From: an uncultured delta proteobacterium
GTDB lineage: Bacteria; Desulfobacterota; Desulfobacteria; Desulfobacterales; QNYZ01
Length of the DNA: 34,284 nucleotides
Reading direction: 5' to 3'
Assembly (NCBI GenBank): GCA_963845145.1
Contig: CAWJQU010000014.1
Span: forward strand, 1-34,284
A program made the translations under genes and the position numbers. Below the pieces are notes generated by a model. The model ran no database searches. It was not told the DNA's origin and worked only from the letters and a program-made list of their open reading frames with translations. Below, piece after piece: positions 25,067-34,284 of the stretch. How positions within the stretch are numbered: position 1 is the first letter of the stretch; the number at the start of each line of letters is the position of its first letter.

Positions 25067-28000
25067 TCAGGCTTCGGCCTGTGAGAAATTAACGGAGACG
25101 ATTTTTGACACACCTTTTTTCGGCATCGTTACGCCGAAAAGTGTTTCGGCAAACTCCATGCTTTTTTTATTGTGGGTGATCATTACAATCTGGGATCTTT
25201 CACCGATAGTTTTGATCAAATCATTAAATCGCAAAACATTGGCTTCATCTAACGGCGCATCGATTTCGTCCAAGAAACAAAAAGAAGCGGGGCGGATCAA
25301 AAAGATTGAAAAAACAAATGCGATGGCCGAAAGGGCTTTCTCTCCTCCTGACAATAAGCTCATGCGAGTTAACTTTTTACCTGGGGGTTGGATCATATAT
25401 TCAACGCCGCTTTCGAGAGGCTTGTCCGGTTCTGTTAGAACCAGCTTGGCAACACCGCCTTCAAATAATTTGGGGAAAACCATTTTCAGCTGTTCGTTGA
25501 TGGCCTCCAAGGTTTCACTAAATCGCTTTTGAGTGATCCGATTTATTTTCCGGATCACGCGGTGGAGCCCCTCGATGGCGCTGTCCAAATCTTCACGTTG
25601 TTCGGTGAGGAATTGATATCGGGTTTCAAGTGTTTGAAACTCGTCAATTGCACTCATGTTGACATCTCCCATGGCGGAGATTTTTTGTTGCAATGTCTCA
25701 ATCTTCGATGCGAGATCCTCCGGGCTTAAATCCATGTCCGGATCATGGGGATTTTCCAGGGCGGCCCCCTCCATCTCTCTTCGAAATCCGGAAATGGTTT
25801 GATGGTAGCGTTCTTGCAGACGTTCGGCGATATTATTCTGATTGATGGTGAGCTCGCTCAGCCGGACTTCCAACATCCTTGTTTCTTCCTGGGTTTTTTC
25901 ATGGTGACTGCGAATATCGGCAATCTGTTCTTCACTTTCCTTTAGATGGCTATCGAAGATACGGTAATCCTTTTCACCCGCCTCGATGGTATTGTCGGTA
26001 TTTTCTAATTGTTGATACATGGTTAATAGGGCCTGCTTGAGTTCCAAAGCTTTTTCCTTGGCCCCCTTATTTTTCCTGATTTTCGTTTCAATATCACCAA
26101 TCAGTTGGGTATATCGGGTTTCCTGGTCGGATTGAAATTCGCTCAACCGTCGAAGACTATTACGATGATTGTCCCTCTGGGCGGTTAGGGCGGTGAGCTC
26201 AAGTTTCAGGTCCACTTCACGGGCGCTGACTTTTTTTATTTGCTCCGATACGGTCTTAATGCGCGAGCCCATATTGGCCACAGTGTTTTGCGCTTCTTTT
26301 AGCTGTTCGGTTACATCCGCCAAGGCAAGGTCATATTTGCTCAGTTCTTCATCCAGATCGGCATCCTCGCCGAGCAATTGTTCCTGCTCCAACTGGACAA
26401 CCTCCCAGTGGCGTTGGGCGCTTTTGAGCGCTTCCTCAGCTTTGAAAAGGGTTTTTTCCGCCTCTGTTTGATCCTCGGCAATACGGTTTTTGGTTACAAT
26501 GTGTTTTTGTAACTGATTTTCCGCTGTTTTTACCTCACTTTCAATTTCCATACGGATAGACTGGGCCGATGAAATTGATTGTTCCAGATCAGAAAGTTGT
26601 TTGCCGAGCTGCTTGATCTCCTGCTTTTTTGCCAGAATGCCACCAAGGGAGTCGCTGCCGCCACCGATGAGTACGCCCCGACTGGAAACGATATCCCCGG
26701 CCCGGGTGACAATGGTCCGATTCGTTTGGGTTTGATTAAAATATTTTAGCGCTTCGTCCAAGTCGTCGGCAACATCCACGTTTCCCAGTAAATATTGGGC
26801 GATGTCTTTATATGGATTATTTACCGTGACAAAATTGAGCAATGGCTGGAAATCAGACGCGTTGGGCGTCTCCGGATCGGCAGGCTTTAAACCATTGATG
26901 GGAATAAAACCGCCCCTGCCGGCTTTGGTGTCTTTCAAATAATCGATGGCCTTAAGGGCGCTTTTTTGATCGTGGACGAGCACGTATTGAAGGGCGTCAC
27001 CCAGCACGGCTTCAACCGCGATTTCATAAGATGGGTCGGGAACGATGACATCTGCGGTGAGTGCGACGATGCCGGCCGTTAGTTCTTTGGCGGTCTCTTT
27101 TGCGGTGCCATGCTGATCAGTTGCCGGTTGATTTTTTAAAGCCATGATGGCTTTAACGCCATCACGATACCATTCGAAATTGGCCTCCATCTTTTTTAAG
27201 GCCATATGGCGGGAACCGATTTGCCCCTGCTCTTGTTTAAGGGCCTGAATCTTTTTCAGCGCTTGTGCTAGTGCGGCGGTCTTCGCATCAAGGGTTTTAC
27301 GAATGGTCTCAATTTCGATATCGACTTCGGCGTGCTGTTGCTTCAGGGATTTCAATTGCTCTTGGGCACCGGTTTTTTCTTGACGGCACCGGTCGCAATC
27401 TTTTTGCGCCAAATGTGCTTCTTCGGCCTTGGTTTTTAAGCGGCGCTGAAGATTTTCCTTATTGCTGGATGCGTGTTGCTGAATATTTTTATAGCGGGTT
27501 TCCTGAGCAATTTTATCCATGAGATCGGATTTTGCCGTTTCCAGGGCTTGATTTAACTGGTCAAGCTCCCGACGTACCGATTCGGTGGCGTTCCGTTCGG
27601 ACCGGATGGTCTGCTCTATCCCGGTAATTTTTTCATCCAGTAGTGTAATTTGGGACCGAGCCTGTTCAATCTCGGAACGAAGTTGATTGGTTTTTTCATA
27701 CAAGGTGTTTTTGGCCGACTCCAGGGATGTGATCTCATCGGCCAGCCGATCGGACTCCTGGGTTAAATGGGTCCGAGCATTTTCATTTCCATCAATGGTG
27801 CGTTGGAGTTCAAACCTTTTGGATTTTTGATCGGAAATCTGGTCGTTTTTTTGTTGGCGCTTAAGCTTGATGTCTTCGATCGCGGCGTCAATTTTTTTGA
27901 TGGAAAACACCTGGGAACTGCCGGCGTTTTTCAGCTCATCGAGCATTTGCTCGGTCTCGGCGATTTTGTGAACGTGGTCGTCGTAGCGCTGAAGGTTGAA

Positions 28001-28693
28001 GCGAATATCGAGGCTGCGCGCCCGGGCGCGGAATTTTTTAAACCGTTTCGCCTTGCCGGCCTGGCGTTTAAGGCTGTTCATCTGACGCTTAATCTCAACC
28101 AGCAGATCGTCCAACCTTAAAAGGTTACGTTTCGTGGCTTGAATTTTTCGAAGGGCTTCCACCTTGCGCGTCTTAAACCGTGTGGTACCGGCGGCTTCTT
28201 CGACAAAGTATCGCCTTTCCTCGGGGTTGGCTTCGGTGATGGTGCCGATATTTCCCTGCTGAATGGTGGCGTATGACCGGGTTCCCATGCCGCTACCGAG
28301 AAACACATTGCGAATATCCTTTAAGCGACACGGTTGTTTGTTGAGGAGATAGGCGCTTTCGCCTGAACGATAGAGCCGCCGGGTAAGCATGATTTCAGCA
28401 TAATCGCGCAACTCTTCCGGTGCGGAACCGTTGTCATTGTGCATAATCAGATTGACTTCGGCCATGTTTAACGGGGCAGTGCCATTGGTACCGGAAAAAA
28501 TCACATCCTCCATTGATTTTCCGCGCAGTTGTTTGACGCTTTGTTCCCCCATGACCCAGAGCATTGCGTCGACAATGTTACTTTTTCCACAGCCATTGGG
28601 CCCCACAATCGCCGTAATTCCCGAAGGAAAATCAAGGCGCGATCTATCATAAAACGATTTAAATCCGGTAATTTCAAGCCGTTTAAGCCTCAT
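25067..28693 (-). CDS. smc: chromosome segregation protein SMC
   Basis: GPNGCGKSN Walker A, long coiled coils, hinge, LSGGEK signature, FLDEIDAPLD. Confidence 0.98.
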   Translation of the reverse strand: MRLKRLEITGFKSFYDRSRLDFPSGITAIVGPNGCGKSNIVDAMLWVMGEQSVKQLRGKSMEDVIFSGTNGTAPLNMAEVNLIMHNDNGSAPEELRDYAEIMLTRRLYRSGESAYLLNKQPCRLKDIRNVFLGSGMGTRSYATIQQGNIGTITEANPEERRYFVEEAAGTTRFKTRKVEALRKIQATKRNLLRLDDLLVEIKRQMNSLKRQAGKAKRFKKFRARARSLDIRFNLQRYDDHVHKIAETEQMLDELKNAGSSQVFSIKKIDAAIEDIKLKRQQKNDQISDQKSKRFELQRTIDGNENARTHLTQESDRLADEITSLESAKNTLYEKTNQLRSEIEQARSQITLLDEKITGIEQTIRSERNATESVRRELDQLNQALETAKSDLMDKIAQETRYKNIQQHASSNKENLQRRLKTKAEEAHLAQKDCDRCRQEKTGAQEQLKSLKQQHAEVDIEIETIRKTLDAKTAALAQALKKIQALKQEQGQIGSRHMALKKMEANFEWYRDGVKAIMALKNQPATDQHGTAKETAKELTAGIVALTADVIVPDPSYEIAVEAVLGDALQYVLVHDQKSALKAIDYLKDTKAGRGGFIPINGLKPADPETPNASDFQPLLNFVTVNNPYKDIAQYLLGNVDVADDLDEALKYFNQTQTNRTIVTRAGDIVSSRGVLIGGGSDSLGGILAKKQEIKQLGKQLSDLEQSISSAQSIRMEIESEVKTAENQLQKHIVTKNRIAEDQTEAEKTLFKAEEALKSAQRHWEVVQLEQEQLLGEDADLDEELSKYDLALADVTEQLKEAQNTVANMGSRIKTVSEQIKKVSAREVDLKLELTALTAQRDNHRNSLRRLSEFQSDQETRYTQLIGDIETKIRKNKGAKEKALELKQALLTMYQQLENTDNTIEAGEKDYRIFDSHLKESEEQIADIRSHHEKTQEETRMLEVRLSELTINQNNIAERLQERYHQTISGFRREMEGAALENPHDPDMDLSPEDLASKIETLQQKISAMGDVNMSAIDEFQTLETRYQFLTEQREDLDSAIEGLHRVIRKINRITQKRFSETLEAINEQLKMVFPKLFEGGVAKLVLTEPDKPLESGVEYMIQPPGKKLTRMSLLSGGEKALSAIAFVFSIFLIRPASFCFLDEIDAPLDEANVLRFNDLIKTIGERSQIVMITHNKKSMEFAETLFGVTMPKKGVSKIVSVNFSQAEA

Positions 28694-28885
28694 GCCGAAT
28701 CCTTATTTATTATTAACTCGTAAAAAAAGCCCACCAATCGACTTTCTCGCGAAAATGCCAAGAATCCCTTGAGCCGAAACCATGGTCTCGAATTTCATGG
28801 TTGTTTGCCCGGGTAATGTCGAAATGAGGCAATGAATAGTCAGTTTAACCTGCATTGAACGTCCGGTTCAATTTTAGGCGATCCA

Positions 28886-28963
28886 TACCAATATATGATA
28901 TATTTGTAAAGAAAAAACACAACAGGATGTGGATTAACTGTTAAATAGTACAATATATGGGAA
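28886..28963. promoter_or_regulatory. three tandem NrdR-box-like sites at 31-bp periodicity
   Basis: TACCAATATATGATAT (28886), ACACAACAGGATGTGG (28917), GTACAATATATGGGAA (28948) versus NrdR consensus acaCwAtATaTwGtgt. Confidence 0.5.
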
Positions 28964-29164
28964 ATTATGGCAATATGGGCCGCCAAGGCATACTGTTATA
29001 TGGCTACGGGCAGGTTGAGTTTCCTCTTGACACTGATGGTAAGGGGTTATTAAGTCGTGTACATTCATAAGGGGTAACAAAAGTGGCATTCGAAAAACCC
29101 TAAATGTTGAGAAGGGGTTATCGGTGGAAAACGCGGCTAACACAGATTCTGCAGGAGAGCAAAG

Positions 29165-31263
29165 ATGGCGGATATCAACGGAACAAAACTGGATGATTTT
29201 TTAACTCAAAAAGAGGTTGCCGAAGTGATCACGGCAACCAATGCGGCTTTGGATGAGCGGCGGGCATACCATCCGCCCGAGTGTACGGTTTTTGCGACGG
29301 GGGTTACCCATACAGTTGCGGATTTGGGTTTTCGTTTTACGGTGGACAAGGAGGCTGAAAAACTGCTGCCGGATATGGTTAAGAACCCATTGCTGCGGAT
29401 CGAGAAGCGTGAATCGCCGAGTGAAACGGAGCTGAAGAACCATCACCGCCGACGGACCATTGGCATTGTTTTTTCCGGTGGCCCTGCGCCTGGCGGGCAT
29501 AACGTCATCGCAGCCCTTTTCGATGCTGCTCGGGCGGCCAATCCCGAAAATCGCGTTTTAGGGTTTCTGATGGGACCCGATGGCATTATCGATAATCAGG
29601 TCACCGAGATTACCGAGCAGCGTGTGGATCGCTATCGTAATTTAGGTGGTTTCGGCATGATTAAAACCGGCCGCACCAAAATAGATACCGTTGAAAAAAT
29701 GACTCTGTCCCGGGAGACCTGCAAAAAGCTTGGCCTGGATGCTCTCGTGGTTGTTGGGGGAGATGATTCCAATACAAACGCGGCGTTTTTAGCCCAGGAA
29801 ATGGCGGCTGACGGTATTCAGGTGATCGGTGTCCCCAAAACCATTGACGGTGATGTTCAGGTGCGTGACGCCGACGGTCGTGTTTTATGCGCCATGTCTT
29901 TCGGGTTTCATACAGCCGCCCGGGCGTTTTCGCAGGAGATCAGCAATCTATGTACCGACTGTAATTCGGACATGAAATACTGGCATATTTGCAAAGTGAT
30001 GGGACGGTCGGCCAGTCATCTTGCGCTGGAAGTGGCGTTGCAGACCCATGCCAACATGACCTTGATCGGGGAAGACCTGGCCGAATATGTTGAGAAAGAT
30101 AAAATGGCCGCGGCTGCGACAACCGGTCGCGGTAAATTTAGTGCGTATGGTATGACGCTGCGACACCTGTCCCGGGTTATTTGTGACGGCGTTGTTCGGC
30201 GGGCAGCGGTGGGAAAAAATTGCGGTGTGCTGGTGATCCCCGAAGGGGTTCTCGAATTTATAAATGAAATTCAAGTGTTTATTATTAAACTCAATACCAT
30301 TATCGCCGACTATAACAAAACCCATGATCAGGATTTTCATCACCAGTATCCCCGTCTGCAGGACAAACTCGACTATCTACGTGAATTGGCTCGTCGGCTG
30401 CGATCCCGTGGCGGCATCAACATTTGGAATGCTCATGACGATGAGCTATTCAATGATATACCACCGTTTTTTCAGGAGGGCTTGTTCACGGAGCGGGACT
30501 CTCACGGCAATTTTCAATTCTCTTTGGTGGAGACGGATAAGGTGATTATGGGGATGGTACAAGATCATCTTGCCGTGCTTCGGGAAAAGGGCATTTATAA
30601 GCTGGGCATCCGGAGAGATTATTTTGCCGATCTGTTTGAAAGAGATGGGGTGGATTCGACCCAATTTGGTTCGGTCATTTTTTCTAATTACAACGAAGAA
30701 GCGGAGTATTTGTTGGTGCGATCGGACATTATTTCTAAAAAGACCCTTCGACAGGCCGTTGAAAGGGCTAAACTCATTAAAGAAGGTGCCGCGCTTCCCA
30801 AGGTCTTGGAGAGAATATATGAAAAATCGGTCCCCAAATTCAAAACCCAAACCCATTTTTATGGTTACGACGGACGGGGCAGCAGCCCCACGGAATTTGA
30901 TTGCCGATATACATACAATCTTGGTAAAACGGTATTTAGCCTAATCGTAAATGGTGCTACCGGGCAGATGGCGGCAATCATGAACCTGGAAAAAGAATTT
31001 TCGAAATGGCTGCCCATCGGTATTCCCATTGCGCCTTTGATGCATCTGGAGGAGCGCAAAGGCAAACTCGCCCTGGTTTTAGAAAAAAGTTTGGTGGATC
31101 TTAAATCACCGGCTTTTCAGGTGGTTCAAGCCTGTCGCGAAAAGTGGCTGGCAGCCGTTGCCGGTGATGACGATTACCGTGTGCCGGGTCCCATTTCCTA
31201 TGCAGGTGCGGGCGAAGAGTCTCGACCCATCACCCTGGTGCTCAATAATCTGGGGCGAAATAA
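29165..31263 (+). CDS. pfp: pyrophosphate-dependent phosphofructokinase, long clade (open to 31462 as given; true stop probably near 31263)
   Basis: FSGGPAPGGHNV, GGDDSNTNA and PKTIDGD (PPi-type residues), VMGRSASH, FYGYDGR; AGGAG RBS. Confidence 0.92.
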
Positions 31264-31274
31264 TCGGGCTCCGG

Positions 31275-31742
31275 ATGATTCATGTCGTCTTTGTATGTAC
31301 GGCCAATGTATGCCGCAGCCCCATGGCCGAGGGCTTGTTGAATCATCACTGGAAAAATCCGGGCGGCGTCCGGCTGGTGGCGACATCCATGGGGATTCAA
31401 ATGCTCGACGGCCAGCCGGCATCCGACCATGCGGTGGCAGTGTGTGCAGAAAATGGTGTTGATATCTCATCCCATCGTTCGCGGGCTCTGCAACCCGATG
31501 AGTTGCATCGGGCAACCGTTATCCTTGCCATGGAACCGTACCACCAAAACCATCTGCGGCTATTGGCGCCATTGATTAAAGAGAAAGTATTTCTGTTGGC
31601 CAAATGGCCGGAAGAGGGCCGTTGGCGTAGCGCCGTTCGCGATCCTATCGGTCGTTCACTACGGGTGTACCGCAAGACATTTAGAGTGATTGACCATCAC
31701 ATCCATCGAATCCTCCCTCATCTGGCCGATCTCAAGCCATAA
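31275..31742 (+). CDS. low-molecular-weight protein phosphatase (LMW-PTP family)
   Basis: VFVCTANVCRSPMAE P-loop, SHRSR, ILAME, RDPIG. Confidence 0.92.
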   Translation: MIHVVFVCTANVCRSPMAEGLLNHHWKNPGGVRLVATSMGIQMLDGQPASDHAVAVCAENGVDISSHRSRALQPDELHRATVILAMEPYHQNHLRLLAPLIKEKVFLLAKWPEEGRWRSAVRDPIGRSLRVYRKTFRVIDHHIHRILPHLADLKP

Positions 31743-32185
31743 TGTTACTGTCGCGCTTACAACATACGCTTAATCGGCTGGGACGGTCGTATCTGATTTT
31801 GGACGTCAATTGCCTGTTTGTCGCAGCGAGCCTTAGAGAAGAGATGTGGCTCTATCTCCAACGGGAGGATGCGAACCTTTTGGCTCATGTGAGCCGGAGT
31901 GCAGAAGCGTTCAATATCCGAGGGGTGACGCCGGATCGGGAACTGGTCACCTATTCCGGAGGAGAACAGGCGATCTTGGCATGCCTGTTGATCCTATCCC
32001 TGGTTCGCGCCCTCGATGTGAAAGAAATTCAAGTGCTATTGTGCGGCGTGTTGGAGTCGGTCAGTCGTGAAAATAGAAGACGATTGTGTCGGCAATTTGA
32101 ACTTGCCGCCCAAACTCACCCGGTGGGGGTGTACCGAATGCAGGATAACCAAATTAAAAAAGTCGCGATGGACGCATGCGAGTAG
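31742..32185 (+). CDS. truncated EcfA-like ABC subunit (helical domain and signature only)
   Basis: FVAASLREE resembles EcfA FVGATVEDE; DRELVTYSGGEQ signature; degenerate Walker B VLLCGVLESV; no Walker A; TAATG coupling to the phosphatase. Confidence 0.65.
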   Translation: MLLSRLQHTLNRLGRSYLILDVNCLFVAASLREEMWLYLQREDANLLAHVSRSAEAFNIRGVTPDRELVTYSGGEQAILACLLILSLVRALDVKEIQVLLCGVLESVSRENRRRLCRQFELAAQTHPVGVYRMQDNQIKKVAMDACE

Positions 32186-32714
32186 AAAAAGGCAACTACC
32201 CCCTAAAAAAGCATCACTTACGTTTATGTCTATCCCACAACCTGGAACTTGGTGCGTCACCCACTTGTCTTTATCTGACAGGTGTAAACGGGTTGGGGAA
32301 AACCTCTTTTATCGAAAAGATCCTGATTCCCGCCCTAAAAGAACAACACGTGCCCTTTATATACTTAGGGCAGGATTTTCGGACCCAATTATATACCCTT
32401 AAAGCGGTATTGGCGGTAACTGAAAAAGAAAACGTCCCCAAAACCGTTCCGGAAATTCTCACACGATGGATAGGCCAGAACCGTCATACGCAGGTGTGTA
32501 TTTTGGATGAGTTTGACAAGTACCCGGCGCATACCCGGCATCTCTTTAAAATCAGTCGTGACTTCATCCGCACCTATATTATTGTTTCCCATGCGGATCA
32601 TCCTGTAAAACCGGGAGATAATTTCCGGACACGAATTCTCACTTTTCGTGGGGGTGACACGGTCGGTCCAATGTTGCCGGTAACCGTGAGGAGACCGAAT
32701 CGTGGCTGTCGTAA
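32176..32714 (+). CDS. short ABC-type ATPase lacking the signature motif (open to 32817 as given; probable stop 32712-32714 after one indel)
   Basis: LTGVNGLGKTS Walker A, YLGQD Q-loop, CILDEFD Walker B, IIVSH H-switch; no LSGGQ-like motif. Confidence 0.7.
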
Positions 32715-33321
32715 AACTGTCCCTGATTATTTTGGCCATCGGCGCTTTTTTTTGGGATTTTTGTCTTCGGACCCTTTTATAGCCGCATGGATGTGCAAAT
32801 CGTTCTGCTTATATTGAATGTTCTGGGCGCACTATGGTTCACTTCTCCAAGGGGAGACCTGGGGGCTGATCAAATTTTGCATCCCTTTCATTTTGACCTT
32901 GCTTGGATTTGGAAGCCTATTTCACCTGACGCGCTTTTTGGGACGCGATGATTGGTTGCAGGACTCATTGATCAAGATCCTTATCTTTCCGAGCTCCTTG
33001 ATTTTTCTAAAACTTCTACTTAATTTTATCACTTATTTGGATCTATTGCGCCTGCCCATTTCCATGGTCCACCGGATAGACTTGATTACTTTCAAGGCCG
33101 CTTTCTCCAAAGGGGGGCGGGTCATGGCGCGTTTTAAGTGGTACCTGCAAACTTACCAGGAACCACCCGGGCGTCAGGGATTTCGCTTGATATCAGGTCG
33201 GTTGTTACAAAAATATGCGTGTTTGATCATCGCTTTATATCTATATCTTTATGAGGAGATTGAAAATTCTCGGTTGGTCATGGAGAATCGGGCCCACTTT
33301 CTTACCCGACCCCCTGATTGA
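32702..33321 (+). CDS. EcfT-like transmembrane component (two apparent +1 G frameshifts)
   Basis: Removing one G near 32755 and one near 32853 gives MAVVKLSLIILAIGAFFWIFVFGPFYSRMDVQIVLLILNVLGALWFTSPRETWGLIKFCIPF...; several TM helices; C-terminal VMENR resembles EcfT AMEARG. Confidence 0.6.
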
Positions 33322-33408
33322 AGCGCTTAACTGGGACCAAAACGCTTGATTGGAAAAAAGACCATTAAAAAAAACGCCGGGCCATTTGGCCTGGGGGAGG
33401 AAACTGAC

Positions 33409-33924
33409 ATGCGAAATTTGAAAATTGCCTTTCTGGCATTGATAGCCGTTATCACCCTGACAACCCTTTTCATTCGAGTGCCCTTGCCGAGTCGCGGTTA
33501 TTTTAACTTCGGGGATGTGGCGGTCATTTTTTCCGGATTGCTTCTGGGTCTGCTTGGGGGGCGTTATGGCTTTATTTGGGGGGCGGCAGCTGGTGGCATC
33601 GGGTCGGCTCTGGCGGATATCATTGGTGGGTTTGGCCTTTTTGCCCCCATTACCCTGGTGGCCAAGGGGGCTGAAGGTGCTTTGGCGGCTTTGGCTCAAG
33701 GACGAATCAAGGCGATGCACTGGGTTTGCCTGATTCTGGGGGGCGCGTCCATGGTGGCTGTCTATTTTATAGCTGAGACCCTGATGCCGAACATCGGCCT
33801 TCAAGGTGCGGTGGCGGAACTGATTCCTAACTTTATTCAGGCCGGCGGTGGAATTGCCGGCGGTCGCATTGCTTACGCCGCTATTAGCCGTATCGTGGGG
33901 CAGGAACGTCCGGCAGAGGCCTGA
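33409..33924 (+). CDS. ECF transporter S component (HmpT/PdxU-like, COG4720-type)
   Basis: GGAGG RBS; IRVPLPSRGYFNFGD, GGIGSALADIIGG, APITLVAKG; about 6 TM helices, 171 aa. Confidence 0.9.
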   Translation: MRNLKIAFLALIAVITLTTLFIRVPLPSRGYFNFGDVAVIFSGLLLGLLGGRYGFIWGAAAGGIGSALADIIGGFGLFAPITLVAKGAEGALAALAQGRIKAMHWVCLILGGASMVAVYFIAETLMPNIGLQGAVAELIPNFIQAGGGIAGGRIAYAAISRIVGQERPAEA

Positions 33925-34028
33925 TTCGAAAATTATTTTTATGTTTTTTTAGACAACGCAATGTTTTCCCATGCTCTCCGGCTTTTGCCCTAACAATATG
34001 GCCGGGTATATGGCTGGCTATTCGGGGG

Positions 34029-34284
34029 CTATCCAAGAATATGGACGATTTCCGAGGCGGGGACGAAGTGGATTTGCCGATTTAATCGCGGCAATTCGCG
34101 GGGCTAAAACCCGGAAGGTTTCTTCATATGGGTGGGCGATGCCCACGGCCTCTCCATTTTTTCGGGCAGATCGAATCAACTTTTTAAACTGAATGGTAAT
34201 CTTTTCCTGTTCCGTCTCATTACTAGAAATATTCTTCGTTGGGCAAAGGGCAGCTTGAGACTGCGGGCGAGTTCGCGTGATACG
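34029..34284 (-). CDS. 3' end of a divergent polysaccharide deacetylase (YibQ/DUF610-like), partial and frameshifted
   Basis: Minus-strand fragments read LARSLKLPFAQR.IFL, QFKKLIRSARKNGEAVGIAHPYEETFRVL and HFVPASEIVHILG*. Confidence 0.75.

Noticed and set aside
23054..28723. Plus-strand ORFs antisense to hup, ftsY and smc, and similar antisense ORFs elsewhere
   Set aside because: They fully overlap well-supported genes on the opposite strand and have no recognisable motifs
28927..28936. DnaA-box-like TGTGGATTA suggesting oriC
   Set aside because: A single mismatched box, with no box cluster and no dnaA/dnaN nearby
31264..31462. Cys-rich C-terminal extension of PFK overlapping the phosphatase by about 190 nt, or a PFK-phosphatase fusion
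   Set aside because: One extra A in CGAAATAA (about 31256-31263) gives LGRK* just before the phosphatase ATG; the tail is the phosphatase read out of frame, so a homopolymer error is more likely
33322..33408. Riboswitch (for example preQ1 or TPP) before the S component; A-run and hairpin CCGGGCCA-TT-TGGCCTGG next to the RBS
   Set aside because: No conserved aptamer motif is recognisable and the region is short; the hairpin alone is insufficient

Overview
Chromosomal core-genome window from a bacterium that is probably in Desulfobacterota (Desulfobacterales-like 16S; inference). It opens with a complete rrn operon (16S, tRNA-Ile, tRNA-Ala, 23S, 5S) whose 23S has an about 90-nt branched extension at helix 25. 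Next come about 1 kb without long ORFs that holds traces of an FN3/CARDB surface-protein gene, two orphan ORFs and tRNA-Thr(CGT). A housekeeping block follows: mfd, surA-like, rodZ-like, mgtE, recO, GHMP kinase, glyQS, a small PC4-like ORF, nucleoside phosphorylase, ligA and acyP on +, then hup, ftsY and smc on -. Divergent from smc is an operon of a long PPi-PFK, an LMW phosphatase and an unusual ECF-type transporter whose ATPase motifs are split between two complementary short proteins. Three NrdR-box-like sites at 31-bp spacing lie upstream of smc. Frameshifts cluster in patches (16S 800-1500, 13.7-17.9 kb, 31.2-34.3 kb) and look like long-read consensus errors rather than true pseudogenes.
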